Notes under the pieces: generated by a model | Database searches by the model: none | Told to the model about the DNA's origin: nothing | What the model saw: only the letters and a program-made list of their open reading frames with translations | Made by a program: the position numbers and the translations under genes | Origin: Anthoceros angustus | Taxonomy: Eukaryota; Plantae; Anthocerotophyta | NCBI GenBank assembly: GCA_010909165.1 | Contig: MU008176.1 | Span: 426,856-490,855, forward strand | DNA length: 64,000 nt | Reading direction: 5' to 3' | Part shown: positions 40,901 through 53,000 of the stretch, one piece after another | Numbering within the stretch: position 1 is the stretch's first letter | Layout: every line of letters starts with the position of its first letter

Positions 40901-43900
40901 ACTTACATTCTAGACTCGCAGCCAGCTGTTGCGCGCGCATTTTGGGAGGGACCCGGATCTCTGGTCCAGCATATGCAAGTCCAATAGCCCCTCCTTGCAT
41001 TAACCTTTGGATCTGTAGGGAAAGGGCAATGTGAGGTCTTCCACTTAACAGAAGAGGATCAGCTAGTTATCCTCTACCTACCACCCTAATACCCTGTGAG
41101 TCTATTGTACACAACTGAAGGAGGAGACACACAGGAATTTAGGGACAAACCCATGAGAGGAGAGTCTGATCGAGATATCTCATCCTGATGCTCTCCTTCC
41201 ACTTCTTTTTCCTGCAACCGGTGTGCCTTTCCCACTCAGAGGGCTTCATTAATTTACCACTGTTTCCACACTGCTTGCACTTGCAAGATATCCTGCAGAC
41301 AGAACCCATAATTTAAGATGTGGAGGCAGCACATGTGGCTAGGAGTAAACACAGAAGAAATTCAATACGAGATATGGAAATCCGTCTTACTGGTGTATCT
41401 TTGGTAGATAATCAGCTACCATTTCAGAGCACACCACAGCAATGGTATCAGGGACGTCATATGGACTTGCTTCCATGCCAGCTCTGAAGGCAAGAAGAGA
41501 AAAAGAAGATAAGCTGCAGAAGTCGAATAAAGCTGCCTTGCAAAAGAATAAGGTCACATTTCTGTTCAACAGCGTACCTTCCAGCCAGGGTTTTCTTTCT
41601 TGGTGTTTGCATCTTTCTGCACTCAGGACACTTGTACGATCCCTTCTCCAGTTCCTGCTTACGATAAGCTGTGTCAAATACATGAAAATGGAGTACATTC
41701 ACTTGAACTTCTCCATTTCATCTGCATGTAAGGATATTTACCTTCAGACTCTTGTTGCTGATCTTGTCACAGTCAGCATGGACCCATATATTGCATACAT
41801 CACACTGCACCTGTGGCCAGGATGAAGTTGTGGGTGCCAGCAGTCAGTACTCAAGTAGGCAATCTGACACACATGAAACGATCAAATTTTCTGACAGCAG
41901 AAACTTACCCAATTTCCTTTCTCGTTGGGTTGCCAAACTTTTTTGCAAACCCCACAATACTGTCTTGACCTATACAGCTGAAAAAACATGCACTACGTAA
42001 GCCAATGTCTTTCCGATCATTTTGACAAGGAAGAGAGGTGTATGTAGCCAACCTTCACACAATGCTTGCATAGAGGGTTATCTTCGACACCCGCATTTTT
42101 CGTTTTGGGAGCAGCCTTCACAGAAAGCTTAGCATCACACCCAACACATACACTTTTGGACGTGTTGCTTGTTGATGCAGGCTGCACACAAAATTTCGAC
42201 AAAGGAGATGACATTTGTAAGGGACAGAAGACTATCAGAACATGAGACTACCAAAGCCGTATTAGCTGGATGGTTCGCAGGCCAAACCTTCTTCCCTGCA
42301 GGCTTTTTTGCACTCTTCTCAGTGTCGCTAACGATATCCTCTGTTTCTTGACCCTCAACAGTTTCCCTCTGAGAAACCACGGGCGAAACTGAAGGATGGC
42401 ACTTGCCTGGAACTCCTTGGTAACAATCATATCCTGCATCAGCTAAGGTGGCTTCATTGATCGCCACAATGAAGTCCATTGGCCGGTATCTGTTGAAATT
42501 TGTCTGTCCCTGGAACCTGCAAGCGCATTGCCAATATGAAGCCACTGGAAGTGCAAGAGCTTACAGCAAAAAAATGAGAATTTGGCAGGAATCATTTGGC
42601 TCCAGATAGAAATTCACAAACACCAAGACCGCATACCCCCTTGTTTGACATACCTGTCCAAGTAGTCCATAAATGGATATATCATACCCTCCCTAACCCA
42701 TGCGTAATCCTGCAGAATTAAGTCAAAAACATCAGAAGAGACCCAAGGACCAACTTCCTCCAGCCTGCCCGATTTCTGTGTGCTTGCCCTACTCCCCCTC
42801 CCCACAAGTACTGAAAAAGACTTGCAGCAGAAGCGACATACCCGCTCTTTCTTTTTCGCCAGTGACTTCCCAAAGAACATGACGCAAAGACGGCCAGGGA
42901 CGCAGAGGCGCCGGACACTATCCGGGACTTCCTTGATAGGGTCCACAACCTTTGCAGGCCACACAGGATCGTTCTTTTTCCCTGATCTAGCCCAAACCAC
43001 ATCACCCACATCAAACTCTGCCAACTCATGTTTTGATGAGCCAGCCACGGCTGCACCACTGCTTCTTGCTGCAGAATCCCAGGTGACTTCAACATCAGAA
43101 AGTGGCGATGACTTGTGTTTCAACCACTGTGCTGCACGTGCTGCACCCTCTGAATCCTTCAGTGCCTTTGGTGACCAGTCCTGAGAATTTCCTTGAGCAC
43201 TATCTCCTTTCCCCAGTGGGGTCCCATACTCCTCCTTGACATGATATGCTCCAAGGGTACCTTTATCCTCTAAGCCCTCTCTCAGTTTTTTCGGTGGATT
43301 GTCATACATCCCAGATCCCGAGTCTGGATCCTCAGAGTGGTCTCGCTTGAAACCCTTCACCACAGGAGCGCCTTTCTTCAAAGGCTCCATTACAGAGTCA
43401 CGGAGACGCGATGGAAGCTGTTGTGCTCTGCCTCGTTTGGATCGTATCAGGGGTGCTGCATCACTCTCCTTTGACGCCCTGCCATCATCTGTAGACCTCT
43501 CCGCATCTCGGTCTACATCCCTGGTGCCCGAGAGGACGCTGCTGTCAGTATTGAACATATAGTATTCCCCTATTCCAACCTCATTAGTAGAGCCATTGCT
43601 CTCTGCACCGAAACTTGACTGCCTCTTGAAAATGTTCTTTGCTCTCCGTAACACTTTTTTGCGTACAACATGAACACCCTCGTGTAAAGGGTGGTCCTGC
43701 TTTTGCGTGCTGGTGTGCACTGCATTCTCAGGTTCTGCAGTGTTCTTCTCCTGCATTGAGCCTGAAGCAACCTGAACAGCATCCACAAGCATGTCCAATG
43801 CGAGCGGATAGCCTGCTTTGGGAGCAGCATCAGCAGGAAAGCCACTGTCGGGTTGGACATCTCCATTTTCCCCTACCTTGCGCCTCTTACTTGGTGCAGA

Positions 43901-46900
43901 AGCACCATCATCCGATCCTTCTGGTCGAGCGTGAGCCCTTCCGGGCTTCATTGTCAAGGCATTCTCCGCATTTTGTGAACTGGACTTCAAGTGAACAGGT
44001 GGGCTATCCAGACAGGGTAGTGAACTTTGTTCAGGGAACACATTAGTCCCCTGTTCACCAGAAACAGCTGTTTTCAAAACAACCAGGAACAGTCAGCACA
44101 CAGTGCCATGCAGGTCAAAGTGCAAGCCAGCAAGCATTTCAGTTCACACAAAGACTCCCGGTCCCTGACCTCCCCTCTCTAGAAGAAAAGACAACAACGG
44201 TGTTATGCTAACCAGAAATGGGGAGACTAGAGACAGGATCTGGTCCTCCATGCGGAAAAGAGAGACAGAACTAGTTTCACACCTGAGGAGGGTTGAACCA
44301 AGTTTGCACAGGTTATGTCTGACAATGAGGCAATTGTCGCATCATGTGCCTCTTGCTTGGAAGGCTCAAAATCACCACCATGAGGACATTTCAACTCCAT
44401 CCCATCAACAATATCACATTTTTCTGGAGTAGGTGGTGCAGGCTCCCCTTCCTGAAGAGCATCACGTGTCTCACCCCTTTCTGGATACACCCTAACTTGG
44501 ATGATCTGATTTTCCGAGTTTACCCTGTAGCCTCTCCCCTGGTCCTTGCCCATAAGCAACCTTGATTCCCTCACCCTACCATCAGAGTGAGCTCTCAACG
44601 GAATGAGATCAGAGCAGTTTGAGGGGATTGGGAACCTGGGAGCGACCTCAGACTGAATAGGATGGAATCTATGGAGAGTGTTATGTTCCTGTCCTTGTTG
44701 CAGAAGAGGTAATGACTGGTTTTGCAAACTATCAGTGTAGAGTCTTCCTCCCGTGGCTAACAGTGATCCTGTGTCCATGACATGGTTATCTGCATGACAT
44801 CCATTTGGAAGACACCTTGAGGAAGGAATTTCATGTTTTCAAGACAAACAACAGGGTTGTTTTGTTTTTCAGCGTGCACCCCTCACACTTCCAAGACCCC
44901 TTCCAGATCTTTCACAAATAGCTAGAAATGTACTCCGTCCCTGTCTGACTTGCAACTTTCGATTCCAAACCTACTGACGGCTTATCACTTACCTCCCGAG
45001 ACGGAACACAACGAATCTATATAATGGTTCAGAAATTTACCTGGTGCTACAGAAGACTGATGAAGATGCAATAACTCCATCGTTCCTCCACCTGCACCAC
45101 CTCCACCGTGATGACCAAAGCTGTCTGGATTCGACCTGGAGTCCACCACATCATTGCTGGGCCTTGTACTCCAGCCATTCCTATCTGCCCCCATCCAGTG
45201 CTGCTGCTTCTGCACCATGTTTCCATCCCCTCTGCTGATCAGCGCCCTTCCTGAACCATTCACAAGCTGGTCTGCACTAAGCTGAGGGGGCCTATGCCCA
45301 GGGCCCAAGCAGCTCCTCCCAAAGTCACCGTTCCCAGCCTGCTGAGGGGCGACGTCCAAGAATTGCTCAGCCCCAAGTCCCGAATCCCTTGCCCAAGTCA
45401 AAGCATCTGCGGCCTGCTTGTAATCGAGCGCTGGGACCCCGTTTCCCTCAAACTTGGCGAATTGTTGCTGCTGCTGCTCCTGAGCCTGCATCACGTGGTT
45501 GTTCCTATGTCGCGAAGCCTGGAAAGAGCCCACGCTCTGAATCCGCTCCCAATTGTCATGCACTCCATTCACCCCATTGTACGCGATGTGGCGGTTGTAG
45601 GCGGGTCTGTTGGTCGGGGGGAATCTCTGCTGCTCGTAATTGGCGAACACGGGAGCATTGAAATTGTTCTGAAAGCTGGGCAGCCCCACAAGCCTGTTCA
45701 CCTGCGACGTATAGCTCTCATTCGGCGCAGCAGAGTGCAAAAATTGTGGGGCAGGAGCCGGGTTAACATAGCTCCTGCCCATCTGCGCCCTGTCCGCCTG
45801 CATCTCCATCGCAGGATTCCTCTCCTGGCCGAAGTCCTGAGCAGGAAAGGAGGCCCTGGACTGCTGCATGGACGACAGGCGCCCGCTAGAGAGCTGCTGG
45901 TTGCGCTCGATCTGGGTTCTGAGGTTGTTGAGAAACGCATTATGATCCGGATTGGTCTGAGTCTCCCACTGGGAGGCGGATATGGACATCGCTGCAGCCC
46001 ACATGGCAGGCTTATTATCCCTCTGGTAAGCGCCAGACTCGGGCATCCTGGCGAAATAGCTGTTGTTGCTGCTGTTATTGTCGTGCATTCCCTCCGGGAC
46101 AGCCTGCGTGGAAGAGCTCAAGGACAGCCTCAACCCTTGCAGAGGCCTTTCCGCGTTGTTGGGCATAGCATACGCTGTCTGCTGCTGCAGGCCTCTGGCC
46201 TGCCCGGAAACCGCGACTCCCAGTCCCTGTACCTGCACCCCCTGTCCTGCTCCATCCCCGTTGGCGCCGATATACCCATTCTTCTGCTGCTGGTGCAAGG
46301 AATTTTCATAAGTCGTGCCATTATCCAAAGCCGCCATCACACCCTGGTCCCTGGCCATCGCCATCCTGGAAGCATCCTCGGACACAGGGCCCTGATCCAA
46401 AAGATCAGCGTACGGATTCCCAGCGAATCCGCCATTATTCGTCTTCATCTCAGCCGGAGGCTTCCAGGGAGTAGGAGGCGAGCGCCTAATTTCTCCAGTC
46501 ACAATTTTGTTCCCGACGCCATTGCCGTTGCCCATAGAAACCACCTGCTGCTGCACCTGCTGCTGCACCTGCTGATAATCCATCGCATCTGCCTTGTGCT
46601 GGCCCCAGAAGTCACCCGCGGGGCCACATTGCAACGGAGCCTCCTGGCAGTAAATGGAGGCCTGCTCCGGGACAGAGGATTGCAGCATAGGCATCGAGTT
46701 GAGGGGAGATTCGCGGGAGCTAACAGGCTCCGAATCTGTGGCACGGTCGGTCACCTGCACAGGGGAGAGAGTAGAGGAGGCAACAATTCCCTCAGGCGAA
46801 GGCAGAGTAGCAGGAACAGGGTTGGGGAGCGGAGGAGAAGGCTCACCCAACCTCTGCAAGGCTTGCGGAGGCTTCCATGGTTGTATAGGCTGGCTAGAAG

Positions 46901-46973
46901 AAGCCAGAGGGTGCGCGGGCATGGCCAGCCCGCCGGCGTCACAGCCCGGACCCGGAAGATGGGGTGTTACCAT
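37939..46973 (-). CDS. Trithorax-type histone H3K4 methyltransferase, ATX3/4/5 class (PWWP, PHD, SAND/TDBD-like, PHD, ePHD, SET, post-SET) with long N-terminal low-complexity region
   Basis: PWWP FDVGDVVWA..VWPAKVVDP; PHD exons; ERCGVCRWVEDYDYNKMIICNR; SET GKSAIHGWGLFARR, IDATDKGNLGRLINHS; post-SET YDYRF..CLCGAANCRQFMN*. The 5' exons 46973-45041 (or -44993), 44789-44283 and 44067- join in frame through phase-1 introns; the 5' extent is less certain than the core. Confidence 0.85.
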
Positions 46974-47528
46974 AAGCAGATTTTTTCTTCCGCACTCTTC
47001 CCCCCTCTCCGACACGCCGTCACTTCACCACCGAAGCTGCCGCTCCCTTCACAAAAATCCGCTCCCCGAAAACCACAGCACCAATCGCGGCCACCAGCTG
47101 CAACAACAACACACACCACCCGATGGTTACGGGACCCTAATAAAAATTGCTGCCTTGCTTGCTAGCTGCTCAGTTCAACACCAACACCCCCGCCACCACC
47201 CAGTCCCCAGTCCCCAGTCCCCACACTTGCAGCACGGACTCGCACGGCCCGGGGGCAAGATCTCCCCATCCCGCCCACCCACACAACAGCACCAAAAGAC
47301 TCAACCCCCAGCCCATGTAGGTGTGTGCCTCATTCCCCATGGCTCGCCAACCCACATAGGCGCACACATGCAACGCAGGCCACAGCACGCCAAAACCTGC
47401 ACACTCAAGACAAGCGAGACTAGTCCGACACGGGCGGGATCCCGCGGCGGCAGCAATTCAGAGCCCACGCCATACCACACCACACACCGCACACCACACG
47501 CAGCAGCAAGAGCGGAAAGAAGGCGAGC

Positions 47529-47566
47529 GCAGCAGCCGCAGCAGCAGCAGCAGCAGCAGCAGCAGC
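47529..47566. repeat. (CAG/CTG)n microsatellite upstream of the ATX coding region
   Basis: gcagccgcagcagcagcagcagcagcagcagcagc. Confidence 0.8.
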
Positions 47567-49241
47567 ACACAAAATTCACCCACCAGCCAATCTCACAGAA
47601 TGGCGCACGCACGGGGACGCAGCGCGGGACAATTCACACCCCAGACCCCACCCTCAGCACAGGGATCAGCCAAAATGGAGCGAATTGACGGGGCAGGGGA
47701 AGAGGAAAGCAAAAAAAGGCACCATGGTAAGGCGCATCCCGGAAGCCGCGCCCTAGCACAGCTCCAACTGCAAAAGCGCGCTTATCTCCTGCTGCTGCTG
47801 CCTTCCCGCCCACGCTGCTTCCCAGCCCGGCCCACTCGCAGCCCTGCCGCATCCGCTTCAAGACTGCATCCCAAATACATCCACCAGCACGCAAACCCTA
47901 CGGGAGCAGCGCGGGCGGGGCTGAGGCCGCAGGGCGGCCATCACATCACTCGCCACCCCGGAAGCTCATCGGGCGAGGGTGGCACAAATGCAAGAGGCTC
48001 ACAGTGGCGGACGCCGAGCTCGGTAAAGAGGCGGCTCAATCGGGATCGCATACAGCAGTAGCGGCAGGGAGGGCAGACGCGGCGGTGCCAGGATCCGGAT
48101 GCCTCCACTCCCAGCTCTCTCCGCAGCCACGACGGGCAGAGGCGAGCAAAGGCAGGGCAGGCTCGGCTCGTCTCGTCTCGTCTCGTATCGTCTCGTCTCG
48201 GCTAGAAGAGGAAGATACACAACAAAATACATAAAAGTCGAGGCCCTCACAACACACGCACGCCCTCCTCCAACGGGAACGGGTCGAGCGCGGGGCACGA
48301 ACCGGGTCGGGTCAGGTCAGGTCAGGTTGCGTCGGGTCGCGTTGGGCCAGGCCGGCCCGGGCCGACCTCCGCGATTCTTCTCCTTTCTGTAAATCTGTAA
48401 GTGCAACACACACGCCAGGCAGGCTAAACTAGTACCTACCTTGACTTGCAATCTCGTTTCCCGCATTTATATACATGCCAGATAAGGATCTCGGTTAGGA
48501 AGCTGACTCTTTGACATCACCTACTTTGCATGTTTCCATGAACAGAACTTATTATTTTATAGTAATGATTTAATACTTTATAAACTAATATTTTTAATTA
48601 ACTCTTTAATTTCATCATAGATACTGATAGGTCAGGGATTCTTTAAGCTTCTTCTAGGGTTTTTGATGTAGAAGGAAAAGAAGAAGAGGAAGTCTATTAT
48701 AGTCCAAGAAGATCTATGGTTTAAAGTCCTCATGATTTTACACCATAACTCTACTTGTTGAATTTGCTGATATGTCGATACACAGTTCATCCCCATGACT
48801 GCTCCACTTGAGAGATGATTTATATTGTGTGCTCAAATGAACGAGTTCATCCTCATTGTTCATCCTCTAGCATAGTTATCGAAGGTTCCTTAGTTTGAAC
48901 TAACCTGTTCGCATCTTACGAAGTAAAGAACATTTTTGAGATTTTTACACTATGCATCCTACAACTCACTGCACTTCCGTCTTTTTTTCTCATTGTTCTT
49001 GTTCAAAATTGGATTTGTAGGTGGTTCTTGATAAAGTCATGGTTTATGGTTTCACATATGTAAATTATTTGCATGTTCTACCTATCTTGCGTAACCCGTA
49101 ACTGTATCCTCTAGTGAGTCTTTTCAAAATTAAATTCAATATTTACCACGTGTTGCTCCACACGAAAACTTGACACTTCAACAAAACGCTCAAAACTAGG
49201 AGCTGGAAGAAGCAGTTCAGTTGCTATTCTATCTTCAATTG

Positions 49242-49316
49242 ATTTGATGGCTGTAGTTATCCTATCTAACAATAAATTTGATGGCTGTAGTTACCCTATC
49301 TAACAATAAATTTGAT
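49242..49316. repeat. Direct repeat, 34 bp x2
   Basis: atttgatggctgtagtta(t/c)cctatctaacaataa. Confidence 0.85.
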
Positions 49317-50073
49317 AGAAATAAATCTATATATATACTTCAGTCAAGCATGAAGGCTATAGATCTACGAGCTCAAGCCACAAGCCCTAGAACTACTTGA
49401 ATGACAATCGGTCTCGGCCGACGTCCACCTATCGAGGCAACAGATATTGTTGTTGAGCCAAGCAGCAAACTGTCAGCAAGCGGTCATGCATGGCTAGAGT
49501 CTAGGTCGTCGTTGTGATGCTTGGAGGTCATGAGGGCGCTATGCTTATAGGGGGTAAGGTCTAGGGCAAACTCAGACATAACGATAGAACGACTTGAACA
49601 ACAATTGGTCCTCATTGGCAAGAAAGCTACAATACATTCATATTCATTAAGATGGTGATCTTCCGTTGAAAAAATTGCTCGAGGGAGTCCAGCTCACCCT
49701 CCTCGAGAAGTGATGACAATAATTTGTGCATCTATTCGAGGGACATGGGAAGGAAGAGAGTCAAGCAAACATGGTTGCCAGCAGTGTGGAGAGCAATCAT
49801 ACATAATTGGTGGCTCCGGCAAGATGGTACCTTGGAAATATGTGTTCTACTTCCTCTGTGATGTTGAGCGCGGACAATGGATGAAACCTTGAATACAAGG
49901 TTTCTAATGTCATATAATTTACATTTCTACCAGTGCCTACAAAGTCATGACCAAACAAGATAACAAGTATTTTTCTCAAGACTAACTACCACGAAGCATC
50001 TTCAAACAAGAAGATCTGTGTGACCTACCAAACTCATCGTTTTGTATTATTTTCTACAAAGCGGCTCATGGAA

Positions 50074-53000
50074 TTATTGAATTGTTTGTCTCCTGTACTC
50101 CTTGGGAAAATAAGTAACCCCATGGTTATCTTGTAGGCCATAAAATGTTTCACCTTCCTTTACATCTTGCATTGCTGCTATTTTCTCAAATTCTTTCTTA
50201 GCTATGTCTTTTTTGCCTTGAACAATTAGGGTATTCCCATATTTGAATCTTACAGTGACATTGGTTGGTCTTTCATTTATTGCCTCATAATATGCCCTTT
50301 CAGCACAACTACAGTTTCACATGAATGATTATCTATTACATATTGCCTGTATGCATACAATCAATCAGTCATAGTGCAGAAAACATTACAATAATTTCAT
50401 ACCTGTACATGCCGTAATTTGCAAATGAGTCACCTATGTCTTCCAACAACTTAGGATTGAGAAAGTTTTTCAAGCTTTGCTCAAGCGACAACTCCGCATC
50501 TTTAAATCTTTCAAGAGTAAGAGCAATTAGTATCAAATACCCCCATATCTTAAAATTTGTAATGTCCTTACAATTTCCCTCTACCAAAAAGATCTCTGCT
50601 TGTTCAAAGTTTCCCAAACAATAATATGATATGCCAGCTCCAAGCCAAAAGCTACTGAATTCCGGTTTCAATTTGCAACCTTTGATAAAAAGTTTACGAG
50701 CTACATTATAGTTTCCAAGTTGTAAATTTGAATAACCAAGTTCTATATAAACATAAATATTGAGTTTTCTATTTTGAATTGAACGTTCCTCAATGTAACG
50801 TCTTAACTGCATACATACATCCAAAATATGAAAAAACTTAGTTATGCATTTCAAGGTTTTCTCTAAGTAATGCAACACATTATTTTTATGCATTTGTACC
50901 TTTTCAAATGCAAAAATGGAATCCTCATATCGGTGTTCAAGATATCTCAAGTGACCTAAACTATACCACAAAGATGTATCATGAGGATGCTCTTCCAACG
51001 ACTCTACGATCACCCTTCCAGCTTTGATATATTCACCCATGACTTCATATGCTTTTGCACAACATAGTGCTTTATCAGTCTCACATGAGAACAAATCAGT
51101 ATCTACTCCTAAGAGCTGTCAACATTAAGCATTGTGATCAACTTATTACCCAAATAGGCTTTCACATGTGACTATTTCTATTTCATGTTATTTTTATGAT
51201 TTTATATTTCATAGAAAATATAGCTATACATCAATTTAAGCACATAGTGTTGGCTTGGTTATTAGGTGGACCTGAATTGCTTCTTTTGGTAGATGGATGT
51301 CTACCAAGAAGATTGCTGCATCCACAAAAGGTGAGCTTGCTCCTAGTGCACGTGACTCAAAGATGGGTTGAGAAAGACAAAATGGGAAAATCCATAGTGG
51401 AGACATTAAAAGATGTGGTGGCGCATATTCATCAAGATCATTTTTCAATAATCCATGCAATTTCTCTGCTTTTCTAATGCACGTTTTGCTATGTATACGT
51501 TCTCCACGAGCTAAATAAACCTGATAAGTTTGAGAAGTATCGTCATGCGCTTGCACCAAGTATCAACAACAATCTAGCATATATAGTTTAAAATATGATA
51601 TGCTGTTGAATAACTAACTTGGCTGAGAAGCATCCATGGAATAAACTCTTCCTCATTGTGAACATCTGTGGCTTTGCGCAATAAAAGTTGTGCTTTGTCC
51701 AAATAGTTTCGATGCCACATAAGTGCTCCTAGTGACATCAAGCTTAAAACATGATCTTGTTTTAATGAGATTGCCTCCCTGAAACACTCCTCTGCTTTAC
51801 CATGATCTTTAGGTTTAACCTAGATGTATTTCAGAAAAACATGTTTGAGTTGCATTCAAATATTCCAATCTCAAACATGTTCAATATTCACGTTTGAAGT
51901 CTGCAATTAACATAACCTTGTCCATGAAGGATCATATATGTGCTACAAACATAAAATTCAATATTCAGCCAAAGGAGGCAGTACCCGCATGCAAAATGCT
52001 CCATATTCAAACCAAATATCGGGATCTTTAATACCAACTTCACCTATCAATCTTTCTAGATGATATCTGTTGGAACTTCGCCAATCTGCATCATTCTGTA
52101 TGTAATTTTATTGAAATTTATAATTTAATCTTGATAATATAATATTAGATATATATAATTAATATTGGATCAAAATACCATATAATAAAATTCAGGATTT
52201 TGAGATTTATTTATTTATCTACAATTATTTATAATACTCCTTATTACCTCATATTGATCAGCTTTTTCTCTCAGATTTTGAAGCTTAGCAACTGATTCAG
52301 GTTGATCTCTATCAAATCGTTCCGCCATTTTTTCACAAGTATTTTTTCTCTATCATTAGTTTAAAATTTAAGAAAATATTGGATATTAAATAAAATTAAT
52401 AAAATAAAATTAATAAAATAAAATACAAAGTTTTATGTGATGTCCTATAGTATTAACTTATACTTTTCTCTTAGTTGCACACCTTGTTAAGTAGCTCCAA
52501 CAAGCATTCTTGAATTTCGTCCATTAAATACATATATAAGGCATTACAAAATTCAAACTTTCCGACTCCCAAAGCTTCTTGCTTATCCACTTTGAACTTT
52601 TCAGTAGCTATTTGCATGATCTTATCTTTCATATCCTCTCGTATTTGTTTCCATGTTCCAGCAGCATGAAGTTCTTGAACAAGAATCTTCCTTCTTCCTT
52701 CTTTGTTTCTTGACCTTTACAAAAAGACCAAAAGGTGATATGATTGTAAATTAAAATGAAATAGTAATACACTTGCTCGTGAGGACATGATCCTTTAAAT
52801 AGTGTATTTTACCGGTTACTTGGTTCATCTTCTAAATCCTCCCTCTTGGCATTTGAAGGATCTAATTTACCATCATCAACTAAACTATGGTAAAAGTTTG
52901 CAAGCTCCACTGCACTTGCCATCACAAAATCTCTAAATTCTTTGGCTGCAACTTCTCCCGTATCATAAACAGTAGGAGCTTTTGGCTTTGCTCCAATAAA

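Noticed and set aside
41730-41737. ATATCCTT U12-like donor in an ATX intron
   Set aside because: A canonical AAG/GTAAAT donor 4-5 nt upstream already gives the in-frame join.
44985-47015. Stand-alone BEL1/POX-like transcription factor gene
   Set aside because: No POX or homeodomain follows; phase-compatible splicing into the ATX exons explains it better.
45294-47165. 623-aa plus-strand ORF
   Set aside because: Antisense shadow of the GC-rich ATX exon.
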